Source: Tubiluchus corallicola (taxonomy: Eukaryota > Animalia > Priapulida). From it: a stretch of DNA of 64,000 nucleotides. The stretch covers positions 62,001 to 126,000 of the forward strand of contig JAQGDQ010000321.1 of assembly GCA_030141605.1 (NCBI GenBank), written 5' to 3'. Within the stretch, counting starts at the first letter, position 1. Every line of letters begins with the position of its first letter. Below, piece after piece: positions 13,101 to 28,100 of this stretch. The notes under the pieces were generated by a model, which worked only from the letters and a program-made list of their open reading frames with translations, was not told the origin of the DNA and did no database searches. A program made the position numbers and the translations under genes.

Positions 13101-16100
13101 CTTATTCTTTATTATGTAACTATTAAATTAAAACAGAAATTTGGTGATCAGAATAATGTGACACAGCTCACCACTAACTTGAAAAGTTGAAGCATTACTG
13201 AGTTTATAATTCTTCAACTGGAATGACAAACAAATTTGGTTCAGTTTCGGTAAAAAATGCTGTTTTGCTTTGGCCCTCTATTGCAATTTAACTTAGTGTT
13301 TTTTACTTCATAACTCGGTTCCGTGGCACAGTAGGTACTTCGGTTAAGTTTCGGTTTGGTGTCACTCAAACACGAAAAATCAGCTTCTTTTTGGTTGATG
13401 AAAATGTGTCTTTGGTGCTCCCTTACTTGTTTCTCTTGTAGTCGTGAAATTACCTAGTGCTCAGAGTTCTATAGTGTCACTTGTCCCAAGACAAAATATG
13501 GGTCCAATTTGATAATATAGTTCTTGTATGTATTGTTGTTACTTTTTAGTTAGTTTATATAAAACAGTTCGGGCTTCTAATTTAGTGTAAGAGAAAATTT
13601 TGGTTATATATGTTAAAGAGTTTTCTGAATTGCAAGTGTGGACTACTTATTTTGAGGGTTCTAGGTAAACCTTCAGTGTTTACTGTTTACAACTTGGATT
13701 GTGTTTCAGAGCCATGCATAAAATGCCATTTTTTACTATAGGTGGCAGTGCAAGCACTTTTAATACACGGTAGTTTAGCCACTAAAAAAACTGCAATAAC
13801 CAGCAGCTGCTATAGGAAAATGAAGCGAATTTGGGAGAAGGTAAGTTCTGGATAGGTGTTGTTGAGGAATGGACTATTATAGTAATGGCCATAGTTGCAG
13901 AAAGAGGCATAGAAAAAAGTTTGCATTGTGCGTGCCAAAAGCAAGTTCTTTGTGAGGCCTGTACAACAAAAGTTTGAGCTATTTATGCTAAAAAATCTCA
14001 TGTTTTTTGAACATCAAATGCTGCAAACTAATTTAAACATTAAATGACCTTTATTAAAACCTTAAATTTACAATTGTGTAACACAGTGAATAATAATATT
14101 AGTCGATATTGTCCTTACTAGATATGTCTAATTAAGTTGTAACTTTCCCTTCGCTTGATGAGTGCTTACCATGTTACAGTATACTGTATTTCAACTGATT
14201 TAATATTGGGCTTTGAGGAAACTGATTGGATCTAGATTACTGGAAACTAGCTGTATAGCATAATGTAATTTAAATTTTATTTTGCTCTAGTTTTTCAGTC
14301 GCTACTGTAATAGCAACTTATGGTGATGCATTTGATATCGGAAAAATGTTGTTAGTTGAAATGATCTTCTGTTACTTATACCTTTATTGGTACTTAAATT
14401 ATACAAGTTATAACTACTAGAGAGAATTTTTTGCAGGCACCAGGCTCAACAGAGAAGTACGCTGAAGTTTTGTCAAGTTTGGATGCAGGAATATCAAACA
14501 TGTGTCTTGTTGGATGTCTGATGAGATACTGGACTAATACTAAGAACACAGCAGCCATTGCTAAGTACAAGGTACTACTAAAACACCAGTACCATCATTT
14601 GATCTTAAACTAAAACTTAATCTTTAAAGGTGGTTAGGTAATCATAGCGATTAAAACATTGTCTGTGAGTAAACTTTTTGTACTTTGCAAAATTACCAAA
14701 GATCTGATGTTAAGTTTTTATTAGTAGGATAAGAATGGCTACTATGTAAATTTAGTAATTTTTACTAGCCAAAGTCTTTTTGTATTTAAATTAAATAAGC
14801 TTATTTCCACACTTGAACTGTTACATATTATCATATCTGGGGACTGCAGTGACTTGTGTTAAAGGACCGAATCCTAAACTGTAGGTTAAAACATTCCACT
14901 CTTTAAAATATTGAAAGGAAACATGCTATTTTTTGAGGAATGATTACGTGAAAAAATTATTACCATACAAAAATAATTTCGTGTTCCCGCTGCTAGTTCT
15001 TCGCTGTTACATGCATTTTGCCATTCCTTAATTAGATAAGCACTAGCACCTGCAATGCATGACATAAAAAAAAGTGCTCTACCTCTTAGTTCAGAGCTGT
15101 TCATTTATGACTTAATACACATGTTTGAGAGCTCATGCATGAGCACATGGGTAAATTTAAAATTTCATGTTTTATCTGAATACCTTGCTACGCCACTGTA
15201 TCATATTGCAAATATCTTCTTTATACTAAAGAATGACTAGTTTTGTGAAAGCAAAATTGCCAAACCTTTGCAAAGGCTTAATAATCTCTGCTTTCTAAAA
15301 ATTCATTTGCCTGAAACCAGTTTTACTTTTGGTATAACTTTTGAACTAAACTAGTGGCTAAGATCCTGTATTGCTATTTAAGATGTTACACTTATGACTA
15401 AAACTTGTGCAATTAACAACAAAAATTGTTAGTAAGATATGAAATTTTTTTACTTTTTTGCTCTACTTTGATTTAGAGTGGTAGGCCTACTGCACATTTT
15501 TTGTCAAAAGTATGCTCTTTTTCTTTCAGAACTCGTTTTTGGAAGTGTATGTTAAAGTTGTATTGGGATCCCGCAGTAGACCACCGATTCATGTTCTTGT
15601 AAGTAGATTTTGGATGTTTATGCACTTAGCATATTTTAATGAGATTCATGAGATTTATTTGCTGCATACTGTTAGTGGTTATTTTTCATTATCTGTTGGA
15701 AACATTTGGAGTTGCTTACATACATGTCAGTAGCGTATTTTTATTTATTTGTATATTTACAGGAATATAGCAAATGGTTACTCCGACATACTAGTCACAA
15801 TGAATTCAAAGACATCCTTCTTCCAGCCATTCAAAAATCCATGTTGAGAAATCCTGAAGTTATTCTACAAGCTGTTGGTCATTTGCTTTCTGGTGTGTCC
15901 ATTGACTTGAGCTCCTATGGTGGCGAGTTAGGAAAGATTATTGGAAGTATGCATGCATAAGTGGTTCTATTTATTAAACGTTTAATGTTCTTTAAATGTT
16001 TCTTCAATTCAAATGTTCCTTAAATTGAGATTTCAAGACCACTACAATGGAAATGGCATAAGTGTAAAATTCAATTACAATTACAGGTATATATAAGTAT

Positions 16101-19100
16101 GCTTTTGATATAATAATGCGCCCAATTTCTAAATGTAAAGTGGTTATATTGTATGCTACCTGATGCCAACATTTGCTGCAGTAGGTAGTAGCTAGAAAAT
16201 TGGTAGCGATCATGTCACTGCATGGTCCACTAGTGAATTTTTTTTGTGCAACGTATAATCAGAACTGCCTCGACTAAAAAGTACGAAATGTAACACGTGT
16301 ATGTTACTTGCAGTTCGGAATGAAATAATGTAATACTTTGCAATCAGTTCAAAGCAAAAGAAGATCATTTATTGCTTTAACAGAGTGTTATTGTGTTTAT
16401 TGTTGTGTTTCATGCTGATTATGCATAACTGGCAATATTTCATAAATATATAAAACAAATGGGAACTATTAAATTTGAAACATGGTTTTTGTAGCAAATC
16501 TGTATTCTAAAGAGGAGCACAATCGCAATGAGGCTGCGCAGGCAGCAAAATCACTTGCCTTACAAATCAGTGATTCAGAAGCCATGGAAAAACTTCTCCG
16601 TCAATTTTTTGCTGTCTTAAATGGCAATGAAGGAAAATTGACTGTAGTAACACAACGCGTGAGCATGCTAACTGGTATCGGTAATCTGGCGTATAACACC
16701 GTAACCGGTTCAGCAGTTCAAGCACTAAGCTGTATTGCTGGGGAGTTGTTCATACCATTTCTCCAACAAGAAGGTGAGAGCTGTTCATACTGCATTTGTA
16801 ACTTATATAAGGTAATTAAGAGACATCGTTTTTTTTTTGTTGTTTCCAGTATAAATTATTTCAACTAGTCAAGTGTTTTCTTTTATATTGTGTGTTGCAA
16901 AAAATGTGGAGAAGTTTAGACTACAATGTTGCAAGTGGTTGAAGATATAAGAACATTTTTTTCACACATGTATAAATCAAAAAGCATAACAAGTATAATA
17001 TACAGCTCTGTCGATAATAGTTTCTTAAGTTTGAGGGTAGGTTCAGTGTAAGCCATCTCGAGGAAGCTACCCTTCTTTAAAGTGCATGAATTACAACAGT
17101 GGTACTTGATGTGCCATACAAAATCACAATTATTAATAATATTTACGTAGTATATACTATTTAAGTATAAAAGTGAATGTAATGGAATTGAAGAAACGGA
17201 ATAAAAAAGAAAATTTAAATTAAATTATCCCTACTGTTGTAGTAATAACTGTACCTTATAGTACAAAAAAGAAGGAAAAAAGTACCTCACAAAGTTGAAA
17301 TCTCACAGCATGATATTTCATAACATTAACTTTTGCCTGTGAAAATTACAAGTTATAGTTTTAGTAGTTTTTACATAATGCTTGAAAAGCTGTTGCATGT
17401 TAAAAATTAAATGCCGGAACAATGTCACCTATAATCAGTCGCTTCAACATATAAAGCACTCAGTGTGTGACAAACAAAGAAATCAATCAGTTTAGATCAT
17501 GATTTTTACCGTGGAAAACAAAAGCACTCATAAAGATTTGCTGGCGGGAAAAAACGGGACTTAATCCTCTGGATTACGATATCTGGAATTCGTGTACAAT
17601 GGTAGCACAGAGCCATTTAAGAAAGGGAAAGGGAAAAATTGCTGAGTGCTGGGACCAAATACTCCTTAAAGAATTGAGATACTCTGTCAGCCTTTATTTG
17701 AAACACTTTTGTCTGGTTTGCAGTGAAGATGGTGAACACAAAGCCCTTGCTCTAAGTTTTAACTGTAGTGACACCATTTTTTTCTAGCATTTATTTTTTG
17801 ACTTGTTGTTTTAAAATTTCTATATCTTGGGAAACATCTGAAAAATGACTCAAAATTTTGGCTGTTTAAACATAAGCATTTGTAACTTCAGTGTGGCAAT
17901 TTTCAAGCGATTCCGTTTTCTTATAAAATTGTGGTGAAAATTTCGGCACCTTTTTTGTGCCACCTGATTTATCCAAATATAGTACACGTCTATACTAGAC
18001 TGCTGTTTCGTCTTGTCGTCCACACTAACTTATTTCATTTTTGGCCCGTGACCAGTTATTAAAATTGCCATTTTCTGTCTGTCACCACGCTTTTAAGCTA
18101 GGGCCTCTCTGGTTAGTGATTTCAAGATAGAATTTGGTGCAGGTACGAATACAAAGTGTTCATATACTTCTGTTTTTGCAGTTCACGAAGGCACGCTAGT
18201 CCATGCACTCCAACAATGGTCAATTTGGTGTTCCAAGTTCCAGACGGATATTCCAACTAATGTCGTTAATTTTTTCAAGACTGGATTGGGCCTGAAAAGT
18301 TCCACATCTGCAGTGAGAAATGCCTATCTACAGTGCATGATATGTGCTTTCCAATGTAAGTACTCACTAATCAGCCAACATCTTAAGAATAAAAAAAGTT
18401 GTATACTGTTGTGCGTCAGCTTAAAATTCAGTTTCATTCCCATTTCCATTTTCCAAGTTCTTGCACAAACTTATTGGGCCGGGGAAAGCAGTAAGGGTAC
18501 TTGTTTTTTAAATTTTGCTGAGGAATTTGTGATTTTAAGTGTACAAAATTGGTCATACTGTCTTTCTAACAAAATAAATATGTCTTTTCTGATTAAGGAT
18601 TTTTAAAGACTTGTTAATTTAAGAATAAATGTTTTATTGACTAAAATACGACTCGTAGGAAGTTCAAAATGTAAAGAGCACACACTTTGTTTGTTGTGTT
18701 AGCCAGTTTTTTAGCACTTATTTCATTTCGAATTTTTTGATTTACTGTTAACCATAAAATATTGATGTGTTGCTGTAATACTGACTTAAAACAATGGGGA
18801 ATTCAATTTATAGTCTCGTGTAAGTTATCTGATTATGTTTATTTCATATGAAATATTTAAAGGAAACTAGAGTAATTTCAAAATCTTTGCCATCCTACTA
18901 TATAACCAAACTAAGAATTTAGCAGTAATTTGAGTATGTTTAACAGCATAGGCTCATAAGTTCTACAGCAGGATTACTGTGCCCTAGTGCAGCATATTGA
19001 AATGGCAGAAATAATTTGATGTCACATTATGTTACAGAAACTTTCCTTGTGTACTGCATTACTCTGATGTAACTAAATGGTTAGTCATATTCACTATATC

Positions 19101-22100
19101 CACAAACTTATTTTGATACATTTAATGAAAGTTACTGATCAGTATTAATATTTTACCAGCTGACACGTTACATGCAGCCAAAGAAGTTTTGCCACAATTA
19201 CTGCGCACCGTAGAGAAGGCGAGCAGTCAGCCTAACCAGTTCCAGTTAGTCACCGAGGCCGCATCAGCTTCATGCATTCTGGTTAAGTTGTCCTTAATCG
19301 ATGAAGACACAGGTATTGTTATTCTGTGTGAGCAATAACACATATATACACATGGTTCGAACTAACTTCTTGATGTTACAGAACTTTCTGTTTTACATTT
19401 GAGGTTCAGCTTTTGCTAATAATGTGGAAAGTTGCCAGCGTACTTGCAAAAAATTGAACATATTTGACTTGCGATGCACATTTATACTTACAGAAAAGAA
19501 GCTATCATCATTTTGGACAACCATACTAGATGAAAAGAAAGCGTTTCTTGTGTCTGAGAAATATTTGACAGCTGTCGGAACTGATGGTATGAAAATTCTG
19601 CCAACACTGCTTTTGCAACAAGCTAGTACTTGTGCCATGTTAAGTAGTATATCTTTGATGAATATTTCTAGCATGTTTTGACCAAAGAAGGCCACTTCCA
19701 ACTAATAAAACAATATCTTTTGGCAAATTTTGTTTCTGAGTTTTGATTTGATGGCAAATTGTAATGATTAGCCAAAAGTGTTAAATTTTATTGTGTTATT
19801 TTATTCAGACTATAAATCATTATTAAGGCTAATCCTCTATGATAATATTTTGAGATCACGGAGGTGTTTTAGCCAAAAGGCAAAAAAAAAACAAAAGACA
19901 AAGTCAAATTTGCATGAGAATACATCCTTCATCCTTGAGGTATATCACCAGAATCAATATGGATGAATGCAACCACCCTGCAAGAATATTGAACCTCGCA
20001 GTCACTTAAACATTCACTGTCAAGCTTCTGCATAGCTTAACTTCCCTCGCTAACCATACACCATGGCCACCCCATTCTTCTCCCAAAGGAGGAAGTGTAT
20101 TAAATGGATTAGTGTTAAAGCAAGTTTATTATAAAGATTTACGGAATTTTTCAAGGCATGTGTTAAGAAACTTATTATACTTATTACGTATCTCCTTTTA
20201 ACAGCTCTACATGGAGTGATAACACTTGCCGAAAGACTTATATTAGATCATCCACAACGTGTTGAAAATTATGTGGCACTTTATCGAGCAATGGTCTACA
20301 TCATGACTCGGTCGTCGTGGAAACTGCGTTCAGCTGCTGTTAGCAGTGTAAAGAAGTTACTGTCACTTCTTGGTGGAGGAAAACTTGCGGTTTCGTTTTT
20401 GACAGAATTTCAAAGTATGCTGTTTGACCAAAAGGTAGCATTACAGTTACGTTGTCGTAAAATGATTAATGTTGAAAAGTACAAATCCTTTCTTAAAACT
20501 TATCTTTACATAGAAGCCTTTTTAATTAATTAAACATTTAATGTTGACTTAAATTACTGGTTTTTGGGCTGATTTCTAGTGTTATTTATATACATGTATT
20601 ACAATTTTAGCTTTGTCTATAATACTCAATTGTTATGTGTTAGGTTTTATGTTTTTAAAATGTTAATTGGTATGTCCATTTTAATGTTAATGCATTTTTA
20701 ATGTACAATAAATTAAATTATTAGCTGTTTTATCTTAAATTTATGAGAGCTTACAAGCAAAGAATATTTAAGTCCTACAAATAAGACTAGCATTTAATTG
20801 ATAAGCATGCCAGAATAAAAAAAACTGTTGAGGTACTTCATGCACTATCTTACGTATTCTTATCATATTACATTAATGTGTCCACTTGTGCTAATTATTC
20901 TACTGCACAAGTGGACGCGAGAGAAAGTGTTGAATAAAGGTAGATCATTAACACACAGATCATACAAATAAATATTTGTGTTGACAGATTTTAGATTTAT
21001 ACAAAAGGTAGGAAAACTTTAATACGTTTAACTTTTATAAAAATGCTTTTGCAACTTTGACTTTTATGTGTGATTATGGTAAGGTGATTTTATGGAATTT
21101 GATGAGATTTGGATGCTGACTTGTTACTTCTACTAGGTTAGTGAGATAAAATCTATCAGCTGAATGATGGAGCTAAAGAAATGCTTACATAATTTTCTAG
21201 ATTGGCGTTGATTTAATTAAGCCAGATGATGAAGAAGTTGAGAGGCGGTTACAATCATACAAAGCTGGTCGTATTTTAACTGAGTGTGTTTTCGCATTTA
21301 CTACAGTCCATGGCATTTCTGTACATGATGCGCAATCTGTTGCTATGGCGACTATGGTGTCTGCTCATCATCCACTTATTTGTAAGTCTACATGATGTGA
21401 CAATTCAAATAGCTGAGTGGGAAAGGAAAAAAGCTTGCTTGCATTAGTCCTATTTAAAACAATTGGGCTATGAAATTTTAAACAGTCGACTATGGAGTTT
21501 TGTCTATTTCATTTTCCATTATATATTTTTTATTAACCAATTTAGCTAATGTGCTAGTATTGTAATAAAAATTTAGGATATTATTGGTCCAGATTTGCTG
21601 AAGCTGAAAGCTGAAACCTTGAGGAAGGTGTAAAAAACTGCCGTAGTTTGATTTAAGCAATGTTAATGTTCAAGTTGCGTTCTCCAGTTTTTTTATTGAT
21701 TCTTATTTTTTACATGAACATCTGTTAGTGTGTACATATGTGCAATTGTATATATTGTATACATATAAATTGTTTAAGGTCTACCAAAATTGTTTTGCTA
21801 AAACAAAATGTCAGTAATCAAAACAAAGTTTATTTATTGACCAAAAAATCAAAGAAGTTGCAAACATCTATGATGCGATTTTTTTAGTTCAATACAACAT
21901 GAATGTGTGGACTGAATTACTGGCAAGGTTGGGTTTGGATGCAAGTAGCTTTGTTACAAAGCAACTGGATGACATAGTTTCCACTTTCGTCTCTACTGAT
22001 TCATTGACAGAGGTGAGAAGTTTTATTTATTTGCATTTGCATTCCATCTTCATCTTTCATAATTTACTATCAGCAGCATTTTTTGAGGCAGTGAGTGAGC

Positions 22101-25100
22101 CTAGGGACACGACACAACCTAAATTTCTCTCTAAATAAATCAAGTCGACATTATGCCTGGACAGCAAAAGTTGTCAATAAAATATTTTTTAATTTATATT
22201 TCAAAATTTGGCTGTGATACAGGGCCGGCTTTAGCTAATTTGACCCCCTAGGCAAAAGTATTTTGCCATTGTGACCTCCTCCTCAGCTGTCAGTCTCTTC
22301 TTCACATCCTCATGCAATCCAGCTAGAAAGCTAGAAAATTGAATTTTTGTTTGTGTGAAATAAAGTATAGTGGTACCTGTGTATTTAGGCTTATACATGT
22401 ATTACAGTGTTCTCATTAGCTGTAGTTACTATCTACACCTTGTGTAGATTCCACTTGAAATTATATTTATGACCCATTAATGATGCTGGTCTTTAGGAGC
22501 AATCAATTTTCTGCAGTTTCTGCTGCATACTTTTCATGTACATATTCATGTCTAGATTTTCACTCAGCCTTTTCATCAGTAAATTTCTGAAACACAAACT
22601 CCTCTTTTTCACATACATTCGTTTCAAATACTTCATTAGCAAATCTTTTTGCTGCTTAATGTACGCTAGCTTTTTTACAATTCGTTAGCTGTATTTGATT
22701 CTTCAAAGGCTTCGATTCTTACAGGTTTATCTACCAAAATTAGATAAATGGTGTAGCAAGAAACTTTTGCAAACAATATAAACTACACGTGGGCAAAAGC
22801 AGGGAAACGTTTCAGTAATGCCTGCATGAAGTGACATAATCTTAGGAAGCCATGTAAAGCAGAAGTAGAAAGTATTTTGCTAAAGGAAGAGAGCTCATCC
22901 TAGGATCAATGAATTGTGCATTTTGAGAGGAAAATAATGCAACTAGTTAAAGTTTTGTGCATTTGAGCAATTACGCATACACTAATTGTATGTTACACAC
23001 ATTTATTAGTTACGCTAAAGCTAAACTTAAAAGTTAACCTCCGGGATTTGGCACCCCAAAATTTTACACACTAGGCAACCGCCTAGTTTGTCTAGTGGTA
23101 GAGCCGTCTCTGCTGTTTCAACACTACAATATGAAGCGTGGATTATGTTTTAACATTGTGTATTTGCATTCAGTCATTAACCAACACGATCAAGACGTTA
23201 ACACGAATCTCCCCAAAAGTCTTTCTTCCTCGACTACTCAACCACGTAACCAACATTCTGAGTAATCATGAATTGCTACAGATTACTAATGATGACTACG
23301 GTGTGTATCTGACTCCAGAGGGTGAAGTTTATGATACGTCTGTAATAGAAAGGTAAGTTTGGCATGACGAGCAATCAATTTAATTTATTTATACTTATTG
23401 AGCTCCCTGTTAGTAATTAATTGTTTCTGCGGTGCTTCGCAGTTAAAGCATTAAAATATCAGATTACAATGACAAAATAAAATGACCACATTACTGTAAA
23501 AGCGAGAGACATGAAACATTCCTAAAATTAATAAAATGAACACCGTAAATTATAATGCAATTGAAATAATTTCAGGAGTATTTTGAAAATTTCTAATGGT
23601 GGACTATTTCTTTTGCTTTCTGGCAATGAGTTCAAATACTAAACAGTTAAGGCATAGAAACCACGATCAGCAAGGGTCTTCTTCCAGTTAAATTATTGAA
23701 CTAGCTGTACTGAATCTGAAATGCTGTGTTGTACTGTCTGATTTTTAATTTATCAGATATATATTGTGGCACTTGACTCTGAATGCTTTCATAAACACAG
23801 ATAGTCGTCGACTAACGACCTATGCAACTTACGACCGATCCAACTGGAAATTATTATATGAAACAAACTATAATTCATATTTATTTCTGTTTTTTTAAAC
23901 AAATTAACTTTAAATTGCTGTTTGTTTTGATAAATTCATCGTAGGCACCGCCATACATAGTGCGCATACACACACACAATGTCTTGCATGTAGGGGTGCA
24001 CCGCTAGAATACACGGGTCCGACTTGCGTCCATTTCATCTTATGACAATCCATTGGTGCCGATTGTGATAATTTGTAATTATCATAAGTAATTCGTATAC
24101 ACACCATCTATGGGAAGCCACTGTTGCATTATCATATTTAGAAGCTCCAGTAGCTACTTTTGCTGATAGAAGTTATATTAGCTTCATGGCGCAGCTGTTT
24201 CAGCCCTACAAAGCAAGAATTAACGTCAAAATGTGACCAAATCAGATATGGCGAGGTTTCATTGACTCTTCAATTAGACAGTTACGAATATTAAATAATG
24301 TGGTGCAAATTACTTGTCGTTTTCTGACTTAAACTGAATAAAGTTAACTGACTGTATGATATCCTCTAAATGTGCCAAAGAATCGACCGCATTTACTTCA
24401 CTATTGCCAACTAGGGCAACTTCTCCTTGAATGTACTTTTGGCATATAATTTGTTTCTTTGGTTAGAACCAGTTAATAGTTAATTGAATATAATAACAAT
24501 GCCGTTAACTTAGTGATGGCTTTGTGAAACCGGTCCAGGCATATTTTTGTACAATAAGAAATTCAGTTTTGATAAAGTAAATGACACTTTGACAATGAAA
24601 CTGCAATATGAAAGCTCTGTTTTTATTTCAGTGTGTGTCAATTTAAAATTTACTGTTGTACAGTATTTTTGGTAGCAGGTAGAGTGATTGTGAACTTATA
24701 TGTGAGTGTATAACAATGCTTTTTGTGCAAAGATTGATGTCATATCTCTTTCTTCCTGCATTCTCTGCTAAAATGTACCAAATCTTTATCATTTTGTTTG
24801 TTTCAAACATACATGTGCAAGAGTTTATAAATGTTGTTATCAAAAAACTTACAGGTTTATTTACACTAGTGCTGCCATTAATAAATTAACGAATTAAATT
24901 ATCAATCATTAATAACAATTTAAAATTTTATTTTTAATATAGTGCTGCAGAGGTAACATCAAATATAGGTAATATCAAGCGAGAAAGCAAGGCCTACAGT
25001 TACAAAGAACAAATAGCAGAAATAGAACTAAGAAAGGCAAGTTTAATTATTTGTTGCAGTTTTTTAAATTTGCTAGTTCTGTAATTTAATATCCCAGTCA

Positions 25101-28100
25101 AACACTGTAGTACTTAAAAATATATCAGTAGAGCTAATGTTAACATTTTGAAACATTTTATTGTACAGCATCAAAAATTGCTAGAATACATACTAATATG
25201 GTGCTGTACAGTATAACAGGATATATAATGTAAAGTTCATTTTTATATAGTGTCTTACATGCGAGAATAGGAAACATGGTTGCACCTTGATGGAAAAACT
25301 ACATATCATAAAACGTGCTTTATGTTCCATTACATCAACTTTTTGATGTCGAAAACTAATTTTAGCAACCCTTAGCTGAAAGTTATTATAAACATTAATG
25401 CCAAAAATTTTGGCAAAAAATTTACTAAGAATAAAAAATGTGGATTACAGGAAATTGAAAGAAAGAAAAAGACAGAAGGAAAGTTGGAGAAGCCCAACTT
25501 GAGCAAAAAACAGCAGGAACTCATGCATCAACAGCTGACTAAAGAGAAAGAAATTCGTCTCAGATTATGCCAGGTGGTCATATAATTGCACTTTAGTTAA
25601 CTTTGTTTGCTTTTTCTAGTACAAAAGACAAATGTAAATACAAATTTTATTTTCTTAATTTTAGTTTTTTCAAACTGAACCATTTTGGCAGCAGTGTGTG
25701 TGAATTTTGACTGTCCTTCATTCAGTTTAACTTTTAATCTATTTGTTTTACTAATACTTGTTTTAAATTACTAGTTAAGCAAGGATACAGTAAAAGCAGT
25801 TGCAGTGATAAATTGTGCCATTGATGGAAATCCATGTGGGATGTCGCGACATGTCGGTGATCTAGTCACTCTTCTACTTCCGCTGCTTTCCTCTTACATT
25901 GCTGCTCCCCATGTCTCTAAGAGTTTTATCAAACTTGGCAACTGTGTGTTAGATGAAGAGCCTCACGTAGGTTAGTTACTTTTCTCCATTTGTGTTTTTT
26001 AATTTGATTAACAGGAGAAATAAAATTATAACTGTTGTCTAAATTGATAAACTGTCAAATATGGAATTCATTTTCACCAAACTGTGAATATCTTTTGTAA
26101 TCAGTCTTTTTTTGTTCAGTATATAAGTATATGCTTTTGATTTGACTTGATTTTTCTGATTGTGCTAGTCATTATTGCTTGATGCCTCTGTACATTATAA
26201 GTGCTTTGATTATGATAATTATTGTCTTAGAATAGTCTGACGCTATTTCCAACTATCAGTCCAGTCATAATTGTGATTGACTGGTAAGCTGCTTCCATCC
26301 GTGGACACAACATATAATTACATTCATTGTATCCCTGAGCATGTATTTTTTAATGTTGGTTAATAAAGATTTAATCTATCTATCTATCTATTTTTGTGGT
26401 AGCAGTTAAATTTCCATCTGCTTTTTTTTCCTTTTTTTAACTCTTTACCTTTAGTAATACAGTTTCTGTATTGTGTAGCATCCTTAGTGGGTCATGTGAC
26501 GTTGCGACTACATAATCCTTTGTGCACGATAGACCGCTGGTGGTGTGAAGAAGCATTGACTACTGCAGCTAAAAGAACTGTAAATCTTCTGCGTAACATT
26601 AGTGCAGAGTGTCCGTTTTCTGCTCTAGGTACTTCTAAGTCATATTTTATGTTTTGTTGTCAAGAGTAATGCTAAAAATCTTATATTTATTTATGGAAAT
26701 AATTTAAATGTTAATATTGTATCATTACCAATAGCAAGCAAATTTGTAATGCCATTTTAGGAAATTCACGGTCACTTTTTATTATTTTATTAATGGTATA
26801 CGAATTTCAAACAAATTTTGGTTTTAAAATGAGTACGATGAGTGTCCAACAAGTACACAATGAGTAGCCAATGAGTACACTTTACTAGTATTATTGAATT
26901 TTTGAATAATTGATGTTGTCAACATCAAGAGACATTTTAAGTGATTTATTATTTTTAGCAGCTACGTCAGAAATTGTTATTTTATACATATTTTACATTG
27001 ATATGTTCTCTAGGCTTTGCATACTGTTTTCCACTAATTAAAGTCGTATTGAAAGATTCTGGAGCTGCCGTGGGAAAAGATGAAAGTGTGCTATTAGATG
27101 CATTAGAATTTATTTGCACGCACGCTGGTCTTCGCGATTCTTTTGACACTGACATACTCAATGATGGCGACTGTAATGAGGTATTGGTCAAAATCACTTT
27201 TCTTCACCCTTGTAAAGTAGGGCCAACAATAAAGATACTTCCCTTTCTGTCTAATCGCCCGGGTAATATCTTTTTTATTGCACACCCGGCCGGGAATTTT
27301 ATAATTTTTTTTGTACATTCATATACTTACATTTACTTACTCAACGCAGTAATATAAAAGCATATTTTTTAATTTAAAATGTAAAGCACAATAATTATTA
27401 AAACATTGTTCTTTCTGGCAATGCAGGATGCAGACATTTTTCCATGTTAACTCCCATGGCAAGGGTTGCTGCTTTGTGTGATGCTCAATGTATTGAAGGC
27501 TAAAAAGTTGAATTTTCCGCCAAATCGAGTATTAATAGCCGAGTAGTGTTGCTGCCTATACCATAATTATCAGCAGATACGTTCATGAATCAAAAAAGAG
27601 ATTATACAATAATCAATAATTATACAGTAATTTAGTAATGCAAAACTAAAAAACGAAGCGTGAAAAAAACCTGCATTGAAAAATTGAAAATATTACTGCT
27701 AATCAATGGGAAATAAACAAACATTGATTTCAGCTGATTTTAAATATTTCATGATTCAGCTTTTAAACATTCACAAAACTTTAAAAAAACATTTTTTTGA
27801 GAAAAAATTTCTTCCCTACTGACATCTTTTGAGCTCATGAGGTAAGACAGAAACAATTTTTTTGTGGTTGACCTAGCTGAAATTGGGGTTTAGTAGAAAC
27901 CCAAGTTGACTTTATATAATCTGTCCAAATGTGATTGTGATTATTCATACTGTGTTGGTCCTCATTAAAGTAGACTAGTTCTTACATGGTTGGTTTGGAA
28001 ACTCATCCTGTCTTATTAAACATAAAACATCCGTTTCTTTGTGTCCTAGATGGTTTGTATGTGGCAAGTACAGTAGGTGCTGCTTAATAGACTCACTTTG

